Both the position numbers and the translations under genes were made by a program. This document shows, piece by piece, positions 1-7,793 of a stretch of DNA of 37,845 bases (within the stretch, counting starts at the first letter, position 1; each line of letters opens with the position of its first letter). Under the pieces are notes generated by a model that saw nothing but the letters and a program-made list of their open reading frames with translations, did not search any database and had not been told where the DNA came from. Source of the DNA: Chthonomonadaceae bacterium (lineage in GTDB: Bacteria; Armatimonadota; Chthonomonadetes; Chthonomonadales; Chthonomonadaceae); NCBI GenBank assembly GCA_035650735.1, contig DASRGZ010000021.1:1-37845 (forward strand), read 5' to 3'.

Positions 1-81
1 ATCCTGGAGTTGAACCTGCCCAGTTACCGTATGGAGCAGGCGCAAAGCCAGCAGCAAGCAGCAGAAATCGCACCATCCTGA
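1..81 (+). CDS. istB: 3' end of IS21-family helper ATPase IstB (partial, runs off window)
   Basis: Frame 1 reads ILELNLPSYRMEQAQSQQQAAEIAPS*. ILELNxxSYR resembles the IstB C-terminal motif, and an IS21-like terminal repeat follows. Confidence 0.7.
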   Translation: MLELNLPSYRMEQAQSQQQAAEIAPS

Positions 82-140
82 AAAAGAGGCAACGGGAAAT
101 CTAATTGTCGCCGACCAGGAAGGATATTTGTCGTTCAACA
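1..140 (+). mobile_element. Right end of an IS21-family insertion sequence
   Basis: istB tail, then two imperfect 16-nt repeats (ggaaatctaattgtcg 95-110; ggaaggatatttgtcg 118-133, 12/16 identical), ending in ...tcgttcaACA at 140. TG...CA ends and multiple subterminal repeats are IS21 hallmarks. Confidence 0.7.
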
Positions 141-147
141 GAGAAAG

Positions 148-333
148 TTAGCGATCGGCTCCATAGCCGGAGGGAGACGGCATCGAGTCCCGGCTGGAGC
201 GATAATCCTGCTCTTGCACGGCGTTTTGCCGGAGATTCTGCAGGCCATTCCAGGCCAGCACGCCCCCGTAGATGAGCAGCGCAAGGATGAGCAGGCGGAA
301 CAGGAGCCCGAAAAGAGAGTATAGAGCTTTCAC
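148..333 (-). CDS. Small single-pass membrane protein
   Basis: GGAGGT RBS 7 nt before GTG at 333 (ORF track starts at 342); hydrophobic N-terminus LFGLLFRLLILALLIYGGVLAW and polar tail. Confidence 0.6.
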   Translation of the reverse strand: MKALYSLFGLLFRLLILALLIYGGVLAWNGLQNLRQNAVQEQDYRSSRDSMPSPSGYGADR

Positions 334-477
334 GGAAGGCACCTCCCTATTCTAGTACGGAGAGGTACATCTATTGTGACGTGAGCCAAATCACAGACCA
401 CCTGTGAATTTGGCAATGGCCGGGATACAAGCAAGGATAGCTCCGATGGCGCGGCCAGAGCGCGGGGAGAGAGGCCC

Positions 478-1200
478 GTGAGCCCGGATACGCGGCTGCA
501 TCGCGGCGCCCATCCTGACGATAGGCGCCTTTTCGCTCCCAAATGGCTGCCGGCCCTGCGCGCGGCGACCGCCGAGCTCTCCTGGCTGCTCAGCCATGGC
601 TACGCCATGCCCTCCTCGCTGAAACTGGTCGGCGACAGACACTCTCTGACGGAGCGCCAGCGTCTGGCGGTATCTCGCGCCGCCTGTTCCGATGCCAGTC
701 TGGAGAGACGACGCGCCCACTGCCTGCCGGTCCAGAGCTTGCAGGGTGCCGCAGTCATCATAGACGGATTTAACCTGTTGATCACCCTGGAAGCCGCCCT
801 AGCCGGCGGCGTGGTTCTGGTCTGCCGCGATGGATGCCTGCGCGACCTGGCCAGCGTGCACGGCACCTACAGAGCGGTGGAGGAGACAAAGGCCGCCCTG
901 GAGGTGGTCGGCACGGCCCTGGCCGAGTTGAAGGCTGCCGAGGTGGAGTGGCTGTTCGATAGCCCGGTCTCCAACAGCGGGCGTCTGGCCCAGCATGTCC
1001 GGGACTTTGCCCGGGAGCGAGACTGGCCCTGGAGCGCGCAGGCCGTCGTCAATCCCGATGCGGCGCTCCTCTCCTCCGACAAACTCGCCATCTCCTCCGA
1101 CTCTACCATCCTGGATGGGGTCGCGCGCTGGGTCAATCACGGCGCGTACCTCGTCGAGCGGTACGTACCGCGCGCCTGGCTGGTAGACCTGCGCGCATGA
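478..1200 (+). CDS. DUF434 domain protein (PIN/NYN-like fold, putative nuclease)
   Basis: Motifs LLSHGY..SSLKLVGDRHSL..RQR, IIDGFNLLIT, DGCLRDLA, FDSPVSNSG and SSDSTILD match DUF434 family as recalled; GGAGAGAGG upstream of GTG. Confidence 0.8.
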   Translation: MSPDTRLHRGAHPDDRRLFAPKWLPALRAATAELSWLLSHGYAMPSSLKLVGDRHSLTERQRLAVSRAACSDASLERRRAHCLPVQSLQGAAVIIDGFNLLITLEAALAGGVVLVCRDGCLRDLASVHGTYRAVEETKAALEVVGTALAELKAAEVEWLFDSPVSNSGRLAQHVRDFARERDWPWSAQAVVNPDAALLSSDKLAISSDSTILDGVARWVNHGAYLVERYVPRAWLVDLRA

Positions 1201-1235
1201 CTTCCCCTCTCTCCAACGGACAGGCAGCTTTTCGG

Positions 1236-1430
1236 GCGGCTAAAGCCGCAGCAACAAAGGCACAAAACCCGCCTGCGCGGGTTCTGCCCTCACCCCCAAT
1301 CCCTCTCCTTCTAAAGGAGAGGGGAGCAGAAAAGCTGGGTCCCTCCCTTCCCTCCCAGGGAAGGGGCCGGGGGGTTAGGTGAGTCGGCGAAGGCCGACTT
1401 CGTGCCTTGGTTGCCGCGAATTTATTCGCC
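1236..1430. repeat. REPIN-like inverted REP pair enclosing a CCCTCACCCCC/GGAGAGGGG palindromic repeat
   Basis: Left arm 1236-1283 resembles the reverse complement of 1382-1430; a purine/pyrimidine palindrome at 1287-1380 lies between them; located between convergent genes. Confidence 0.7.
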
Positions 1431-1454
1431 CGCTTACCTCCAACGGGCAAGAAT

Positions 1455-2444
1455 CTAGACCACGTTGGCGCAGATGCGGGCGATGGCCTCCCGGTCGAGC
1501 GCCTCGAGGCGCGGCCCCAACTGCGCGACGACCTGCGCAGCCAGATAGGAGGCCAGCCGCCCCGTCACCTCCAGGGGCAGATCATGGGTCAGGCCGTAGA
1601 GCAGGCCCGCTGCGTACATATCCCCCGCGCCAGTCGAGTCAACGGCATCAACGGGGAACGCGGGGATCTCATAAAGCTGGTTTCCCTCCCGCAGCAGCGA
1701 GCCGTGCGCCCCCATCGTCACCGCGGCCAGCTCACAGTAGGGCGCCAGCGCTCGAATGGCCTCATACGGGTTCTCGGTGTCGGTGAGGGCCTGCGCCTCT
1801 TCATGGTTGCCGAACACCAGGTCTACGTGCTCATGGATGATCTGTAAGAAGTCTGCCTTATGCCGGTGGACGCAGAAGGGATCGGAGAGGCTGAGGGCCA
1901 CTCTCACTCCCGCCGCCCGCGCCGCGCGCATGGCGTGCAGCACGGCGGCCTTTTGCGTGTCCGTATCCCAGAGATAGCCGGTGATATAGAGGTACTTGCT
2001 GGCGCGCAGTGCCTCCAGATCCACATCCGCCGGCTCCAGTTCGCGGCACATGCCCAGGAAGGTGCACATCGTGCGCTGAGCGTCCGGCGTGACCAGGATG
2101 ACCGAGATGCCTGTCTCTCCCACGCCGGGAGGCACGGCGTAGTGTACCTGCTTGGCGCGCAGCCCCTCGGCATAGAGGGAGCCGTGCTCGTCGTTGCCAA
2201 TCTTGCCGGTGTAGCAGGCTTTGCCGCCTAGGAGCGAAACCCCGATCATGGTGTTCGCCCCGGAACCGCCCGCCTCGGAGTTGACGATATGCGTGTAGAT
2301 CGAGGCGACAAGGGCGCGCTGTTGCTCCTCCTCAATCAGAAACATGCCGCCCTTCTGGACGCCAATCTCCTCAAGCAGCGCCTCCGGTATCTCCGCCTGA
2401 ATATCATAGAGCGGGTTGCACATCCCGAACACGTCGTAACCCAT
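1455..2444 (-). CDS. PfkB-family carbohydrate/nucleoside kinase (adenosine kinase-like)
   Basis: GGSGANT, DAQRTMCTFLG, FGNHEEA and DSTGAGD signatures. Confidence 0.9.
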   Translation of the reverse strand: MGYDVFGMCNPLYDIQAEIPEALLEEIGVQKGGMFLIEEEQQRALVASIYTHIVNSEAGGSGANTMIGVSLLGGKACYTGKIGNDEHGSLYAEGLRAKQVHYAVPPGVGETGISVILVTPDAQRTMCTFLGMCRELEPADVDLEALRASKYLYITGYLWDTDTQKAAVLHAMRAARAAGVRVALSLSDPFCVHRHKADFLQIIHEHVDLVFGNHEEAQALTDTENPYEAIRALAPYCELAAVTMGAHGSLLREGNQLYEIPAFPVDAVDSTGAGDMYAAGLLYGLTHDLPLEVTGRLASYLAAQVVAQLGPRLEALDREAIARICANVV

Positions 2445-2483
2445 TCGCTTTCCTCTCTAACTCCTCTCTTGACTCGTTCCACC

Positions 2484-2993
2484 TTACATGCCGCCGGGGA
2501 TTGGTTTCCCGTTAATCTTTGCTGTTTCCCTGAGGCTCTTCGAGCGCTTCTGCAGCCAGCCCTTGCCGCTTTTGACCCAGGTATCCTCCGAAACGGAGTC
2601 GATACTCATGGTCAGTTTCTGCTTGTTCTGCGGGTTCACGCCCGTAAGGTCCGCATGCTCCTTCACCGTGACCACTGCCTGGTTGCCCTTCAGGCGAAAC
2701 TTCTGAATCGTGGACTTGGCCCGGATAGATTGCATCATAGTAATCTGCTGCAACTGCTGACGTATCTGCGGCAGCATGATCTTTTTCCCATTTCTGGTGA
2801 CCGCCTCGAAATCCGGGGCGAAATGGGCCAGACCGCCGTTGACATCCTTGCGAGCCATCGCGGCGTTCGCCTGGTTATAAGCGGTCTGGATGGCCTTGCG
2901 CGCGTCGGCGGTCGCATCGGCGGTGGCGAGCGGGGCCAGCGCCAGGGCCGCATACAGCGTCATTGCGATCGGTACAGGACGGCGAACCAACAT
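2484..2993 (-). CDS. Secreted NTF2-like (DUF4440/SnoaL-like) protein
   Basis: AGAGGAG RBS before ATG 2993; signal peptide; AIQTAYNQANAAMARKDV..LAHFAPDF and DTWVKSGKGW pattern of NTF2-like proteins. Confidence 0.7.
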   Translation of the reverse strand: MLVRRPVPIAMTLYAALALAPLATADATADARKAIQTAYNQANAAMARKDVNGGLAHFAPDFEAVTRNGKKIMLPQIRQQLQQITMMQSIRAKSTIQKFRLKGNQAVVTVKEHADLTGVNPQNKQKLTMSIDSVSEDTWVKSGKGWLQKRSKSLRETAKINGKPIPGGM

Positions 2994-3102
2994 GATTTTT
3001 CTCCTCTGCAATCCGATATACGGACGGTGATTGCGCCTTATCGCTTCTCAGTGGTTCCACACGTACCGCGCGGTTTCCTGCTCCCAATCTTGACCGGCAG
3101 GG

Positions 3103-3378
3103 AGCCAGGGGTTGAAACCCCCGTCTAGAGGGCGGTTACGCCGCCAACCGTCCTTCGGACGCTCACTACCTTTTAAGCTTTGCCGTCCGCAGGACGCTTG
3201 GCCGCAGGCCCTAGAGCCGGGGGTTGAAAACCTCCGATCCGTGCCGGGCATTGAAAATACCCGGCTAGAGGGCGGTTACGCCGCCAACCGTCCTTCGGAC
3301 GCTCACTACCTTTTAAGCTTTGCCGTCCGCAGGACGCTTGGCCGCAGGCCCTAGAGCCGGGTACTTTCAGTGCCCGAC
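3103..3378. repeat. Tandem pair of REPIN-like elements (97-bp identical core, period 140)
   Basis: 3125-3221 is identical to 3265-3361; each unit is bounded by GGGGTTGAAACCCC-type or GGGCATTGAAAATACCC-type hairpins and contains cgtcc-TTC-ggacg and cgtcc-GCA-ggacg mini-hairpins. Confidence 0.85.
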
Positions 3379-3409
3379 ATCGCGTGCGGGAAAACGCAAG
3401 AACCCCGTC

Positions 3410-3438
3410 TTGACCAGCATGTTGGGATAGGGTATACT
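3410..3438 (+). promoter_or_regulatory. Sigma70-type promoter for the TPP riboswitch/pilin-like gene
   Basis: TTGACC (3410-3415), 17-nt spacer, TATACT (3433-3438), about 35 nt upstream of the aptamer. Confidence 0.8.
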
Positions 3439-3473
3439 CACGATCATAATCGCATAGAGCCGAGTATCTACCA

Positions 3474-3560
3474 ACGCTAGGGGTGCTGAACAGGCTGAGA
3501 GGGCGCGGCTGCGCCCAACCCTAACCACCTGATTCGGGTAATGCCGACGGAGGGAAGCGA
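3474..3560 (+). promoter_or_regulatory. TPP (thiamine pyrophosphate) riboswitch aptamer
   Basis: cgct-aGGGGTGC...gCTGAGAg...aACCCt..aCCTGATtcgGgTAATGCCgaCGgAGGGA-agcg: conserved THI-box segments in the correct order with P1 cgct/agcg. Confidence 0.93.
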
Positions 3561-3583
3561 TAGAAAGCCGAAATCCTCTTTGG

Positions 3584-3623
3584 ATGCCGTTGCTCCCGCT
3601 TCCGTCGGGAGAATGGCATTTTT
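3584..3623 (+). terminator. Riboswitch-controlled intrinsic terminator (attenuator)
   Basis: Stem atgccgtt..ctcccg / cgggag..aatggcat followed by a T run; its cgcttccgtcgg segment is complementary to the aptamer 3' strand ccgacggagggaagcg (antiterminator). Confidence 0.8.
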
Positions 3624-3729
3624 CGTGTCGAAGCCACACAAGCGCTTCGCGCGCCGGGCCGTCTCCCGTCGGAATACGCCGCTTCCGTCCCCATCCCGAA
3701 CCCTGGAAACCAGAAAGGACGGATCACCG

Positions 3730-4527
3730 ATGAACTCCCATCCACTCCCGGCGCGCGCCGCTCGCGGCTTCACGCTTATCGAACTGCTCGTCGTCATCGC
3801 GATCATTGCCGTTCTGGCAGCGATCCTCTTTCCGGTCTTTGCGCAGGCGCGGGAGCAGGCCCGCCAGACCGTCTGCTCCTCCAACGTCCGCCAGATTGGG
3901 CTAGCCGTGCGGATGTATGTGCAGGACTATGACGAGACCATGCCGATCTTCTACGCCTACAACACCCAGACCCCCGACGGCAGGCGGGCCTGGGCGGGCG
4001 ATCCGACGCACAAAGGCGTTGAGCTTCTGATCCTGCCCTATTCGAAAAACAAGGACATCTTTAAGTGCCCGGACGACTCCGGCGGCCCCGCGCTGCCCGA
4101 TCCGTTCTACGGATGTCCGGGCCTCAGCACCTACCAGGCCTGCTACGGCTCCAGCTACCGCTTCAGCCACGGCAGCTTCTCTACTATCGCTGGCGAATCC
4201 AGCCAGAATAACTTCCTCTACGATACGACCCGGCTCGTCACCGACGCCTCGTTCGCCCTGCCCGCCGAGACGCGCCTGATGCGGGATGAGATGATGCCCT
4301 GGTTTGGTACGATGGACAAGTACGGCTACATTCCCGGCTACTACCAGCAGTGGCACACGCGCGGCGGGGGCACGGTCTTCGCCGATGGGCACGCTAAGTT
4401 CACCGTCAGCAGCGGCGAGTTCGACCGGCAGGTCGTCTGCCCGGAGGGCGGTCGCAGCGGCGATCCCGACCCGAACGCGCCCGGCGACGGCAACGCCTAC
4501 GGCACCTATTACGGCCTCTGCGATTAA
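3730..4527 (+). CDS. Prepilin-type N-terminal cleavage/methylation protein with H-X9-DG motif (DUF1559 type)
   Basis: [47 protein letters not shown] and [13 protein letters not shown]. Start moved to ATG 3730 because the ORF-track start at 3541 lies inside the riboswitch. Confidence 0.92.
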   Translation: MNSHPLPARAARGFTLIELLVVIAIIAVLAAILFPVFAQAREQARQTVCSSNVRQIGLAVRMYVQDYDETMPIFYAYNTQTPDGRRAWAGDPTHKGVELLILPYSKNKDIFKCPDDSGGPALPDPFYGCPGLSTYQACYGSSYRFSHGSFSTIAGESSQNNFLYDTTRLVTDASFALPAETRLMRDEMMPWFGTMDKYGYIPGYYQQWHTRGGGTVFADGHAKFTVSSGEFDRQVVCPEGGRSGDPDPNAPGDGNAYGTYYGLCD

Positions 4528-4546
4528 CAGGCCGGCCCTCCCTGCA

Positions 4547-4613
4547 AAGGATGAAGGATGAAGGTGGAAGGATGAAGAAAACCTCTGGCTCTTTTCATCC
4601 TTCTGCCTTCATC
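4547..4613. repeat. Inverted heptamer tandem repeat (AGGATGA)n / (TCATCCT)n hairpin
   Basis: aaggatgaaggatgaaggtggaaggatgaa ... ttcatccttctgccttcatc, directly after the pilin-like gene. Confidence 0.7.
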
Positions 4614-4678
4614 TGAATAGGGCAGCGGCCTGGACGGGCATCAGAGGGGCCAACACGACAAAGGGCAAGGCCGCAGAG

Positions 4679-6334
4679 ATGGCTGAACAGACTCGGACAC
4701 AGGCTGCCGCTACTTCGCTACAGACAACGGGGGATCAGAACGCGCCCGTGGTGATCGCCGGGGCGGGGCCGGTGGGGCTATCGCTGGCGCTGGGTCTCGC
4801 GCGGCGTGGCGTGCGCTCAATCGTGCTGGAGAAAAAGCCAGCCTTGAGCGAGCATTCCAAGGCGCTTGGCATCCTGGCCCGGACGCTGGAGATATTCCGT
4901 GCCTGGGGCATCCTGGACCGCTTCCAGGAGAAAGGCGCACTGCTTAGCCGGATCTCGGTCTGGCTGACACAGAGGCCCATGCCCGTCGCGACGGTTGATC
5001 TAGGCGTGCTCTCCGACGTCACCGCCATACCCGGCGTCCTCATTCTACCGCAGGACCGCACGGAGCGGCTTCTGCTGGACGCCGTGCGCGAGACGGGGCT
5101 GGCGGAGGTCCGTTTCAGCCATGAAGTCACGGCGTTTCGGCAGGACGAGGCGGGCGTGGACGTCACGATCTCTCCGGCAGGGGCCGATACCTATACGCTG
5201 CGCTGTACGTATCTGATTGGCTGCGACGGCCCGCACAGCACCGTGCGCCAGCAGTTTGGGTGGAATCTGGAGGGCCAGACCTATCCGACGCGGATGCTGC
5301 TGGCCGACGTGCGTCTCACCGACGAGCGGGACAGTCTGCCTTGGCCGCGCCTTGCACCGCAGAGGCGCGGGGCGCTCGCCGCGGTGCGGTTCGACGCGCA
5401 GGAATGGCGGATCATCTCGACCCTCCGGCCTGAGGAGACGGACGAGGAGGCGCTCACGGAGGAATCGCTGCGCAGACGCGTCGAGCGGCTGTTCGGGCCG
5501 GGGCCTTACGAACGGGTGTGGAGCAGCACCTTCCGCATCCACTGCCGAACCAGTCCGCACTTTCGTTCCCGGCGCGTGCTGCTGGCCGGCGACGCGGCCC
5601 ATATCAACAGCCCCGCCGGCGGGCAGGGCATGAACAGCGGGATACAGGACGCCCATAACCTGGCCTGGAAGCTCGCCAACGCGCTGCGCGGCGGCGATGC
5701 GGAGGTGCTCCTGGAATCGTACGAGCAGGAGCGGCGCAGCGTGGTCATCGGGAGTATTGACCGCTACACCGACCTGCTGACACGCTACGTTCTGCTGGGG
5801 CCGCCGGTCGTGCGCACGCCGCTCCTCTGGCTGATGCAGAAGGCGATTCGCAGCCCTTTCTTTGTGAAGCGGCTAGGAATCCGGGCGATGATGCTCGACG
5901 TGCGCTACACGAGATCGGCGATCCTGGCAGGCGGCGGGCCTCTGGTCGGCCAGAGAGCCCCGGATGGCGAGGTCGTGGATGCGGGGGGGAAGCGGTTGCG
6001 CCTGCTGGACCTGGCGAAGCGCGAAGCAGTCCTGGTGATCTTCAGCGACGGGCAGACGCCGGAGCAGATCGATGCCGTCGAGAAAGCGCTGGCCGACATC
6101 GCCGGGCTGCGGGTCATCTGTCTCGTTCCGGACGCGGCTGCGATGCGGGAGGGCGCCCTCCACGATGCGGGCGGCGGGTTGCGGAGGCGATGGGGCGTCA
6201 AGGCCGAGACGGCAGCGCTTCTCCGCCCGGATGGACATGTCGGCTGGATAGGGACTATCTCCTCCGCAGAAGCGGTCCGCGCTGGAGTCGAGCGTGCTCT
6301 CGGCCTCACGCGCCACGATAGCGAACACGCCTGA
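4679..6334 (+). CDS. FAD-dependent monooxygenase (PHBH/aromatic-ring hydroxylase family)
   Basis: GAGPVG, IGCDGPHSTVR, LAGDAAHINSPAGGQGMNSGIQDA and C-terminal LLRPDGHVGW. Confidence 0.92.
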   Translation: MAEQTRTQAAATSLQTTGDQNAPVVIAGAGPVGLSLALGLARRGVRSIVLEKKPALSEHSKALGILARTLEIFRAWGILDRFQEKGALLSRISVWLTQRPMPVATVDLGVLSDVTAIPGVLILPQDRTERLLLDAVRETGLAEVRFSHEVTAFRQDEAGVDVTISPAGADTYTLRCTYLIGCDGPHSTVRQQFGWNLEGQTYPTRMLLADVRLTDERDSLPWPRLAPQRRGALAAVRFDAQEWRIISTLRPEETDEEALTEESLRRRVERLFGPGPYERVWSSTFRIHCRTSPHFRSRRVLLAGDAAHINSPAGGQGMNSGIQDAHNLAWKLANALRGGDAEVLLESYEQERRSVVIGSIDRYTDLLTRYVLLGPPVVRTPLLWLMQKAIRSPFFVKRLGIRAMMLDVRYTRSAILAGGGPLVGQRAPDGEVVDAGGKRLRLLDLAKREAVLVIFSDGQTPEQIDAVEKALADIAGLRVICLVPDAAAMREGALHDAGGGLRRRWGVKAETAALLRPDGHVGWIGTISSAEAVRAGVERALGLTRHDSEHA

Positions 6335-6386
6335 GGGCACCTCAGCGCGCCGTTGAAGACCTTGCGCTCTAGACAGTGAAACAGTT

Positions 6387-7793
6387 ATGATCATGCGAAT
6401 ACGTGCCGCATGGGTTCTGCCCATCTCCGGCCCGCCCCTGGAAAACGCCGAGGTCGTCGTTGAGGGCGACCGCATTGCCGAGGTGCGCCCGGCAGGCACA
6501 TCCTCCATAGGCGGCGATGTCCTGGATTTCGGCGAGGCCGTGCTGATGCCCGGCCTAGTCAACGCCCACACGCACCTGGACTATACCGTGATGCGCGGCC
6601 TGCTGGAGGACATCGAGTTCTTCCCCTGGATACGCGAGCTGACCGCGCGTAAGGACGCCCTGACCTGGGAGGACTGGCTGGCCTCGGCTACCTGGGGCGC
6701 GGCGGAGGCGGTGGCGGGCGGCGTGACGACTATCGGCGACTGCACCGACAGCGGCGCGGCGCTCTGGGGCGCGAAGGCGCTGGGACTTGGCGGCGTCATC
6801 TATCAGGAAGTCTTCGGCATTGACGAGCGGCGTTCCGTCCCGGAAATCATGGAGGAATTGCAGAGCCGGGTCGCGCAACTACAGGCGGAAAGCGCGCACA
6901 CACCGCTGGATATTGGCATCTCGCCGCACGCGCCCTATACGGTGCGTCCTGCTCTGTTCCGGGCGCTGGCCGAGTACGCGGAGCGCGAGGCGCTGCCCGT
7001 CTGCATCCACGCCGCCGAATCGCGGGCCGAAGCGGAATTGCTGCGGTCGGGAACGGGGCCGATTGCGGAGATGTTTGCGCGGCGCGGCATTGACTGGCCT
7101 ATTCCTGGCAACAGCGCCGTCGCCTACCTGGACTCGATGGGCATCCTGGGGCCGCGCACGCTGCTGGTGCATGGCGTGCAGGTCTCCGCCGCCGACCGGC
7201 ATATTTTGCGCGCGCGGGATGTCGCCTGGGCGCACTGCCCCAAATCCAACGCCAAGCTCGGCGTTGGTGTCGCGCCGCTGGGCCTTCTGGGCCGGTATCG
7301 GCGCAGCGGCCAGCAGGAGGATCTGTCGCCTTGCCCGCGCCTGGGCCTGGGCTCCGATAGCGTCGCCAGCAACAACACAATGGACCTGTTCGAGGAGATG
7401 CGCTTTGCCGTCCTCCTGCAGCGGGGCGCGCGGCACCGGATGGCGGCGCTCTCGGCGCGCGAGGCGGTGGAGATGGCGACCCTGGGCGGGGCGCGGGCGT
7501 TGGGACTGGACGCCCAGATCGGCACGCTGGAGCCGGGCAAGCGCGCCGACCTGTGCGCCGTACGGCTGGATGAATTACACAGCGTGCCTGCCTACGACCC
7601 CTACAGCGCCCTAGTCTATGCTGCCCGCGCCGCCGATGTCCTCTGGACGATGATCGCGGGCCAGACGCGCTACGCGGCCGCGCGTGGGCCGCGCCTGGAC
7701 GACCGCTTTGCCCATCTCGATCTGGCGCCCGTCCGCGCGCAACTGAAGGCGGCAGCGCACAAAATGCGTCACTGGAGGCTACTCACGCCATGA
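6387..7793 (+). CDS. Metal-dependent amidohydrolase (MTA/SAH or aminofutalosine deaminase-like)
   Basis: PGLVNAHTH, PHAPYTV, HAAES, HCPKSN, GSDS and GKRADL motifs. Confidence 0.85.
   Translation: MIMRIRAAWVLPISGPPLENAEVVVEGDRIAEVRPAGTSSIGGDVLDFGEAVLMPGLVNAHTHLDYTVMRGLLEDIEFFPWIRELTARKDALTWEDWLASATWGAAEAVAGGVTTIGDCTDSGAALWGAKALGLGGVIYQEVFGIDERRSVPEIMEELQSRVAQLQAESAHTPLDIGISPHAPYTVRPALFRALAEYAEREALPVCIHAAESRAEAELLRSGTGPIAEMFARRGIDWPIPGNSAVAYLDSMGILGPRTLLVHGVQVSAADRHILRARDVAWAHCPKSNAKLGVGVAPLGLLGRYRRSGQQEDLSPCPRLGLGSDSVASNNTMDLFEEMRFAVLLQRGARHRMAALSAREAVEMATLGGARALGLDAQIGTLEPGKRADLCAVRLDELHSVPAYDPYSALVYAARAADVLWTMIAGQTRYAAARGPRLDDRFAHLDLAPVRAQLKAAAHKMRHWRLLTP

Noticed and set aside
3103..3378. 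Possible CRISPR array (GTTGAAAC / ATTGAAA-like ends)
   Set aside because: The sequences between the hairpins are identical rather than unique spacers, the period is 140 bp, and no cas genes are present.
3541..3729. N-terminal 63-aa extension of the pilin-like ORF
   Set aside because: Overlaps the TPP aptamer and terminator; ATG 3730 gives a normal short prepilin leader.
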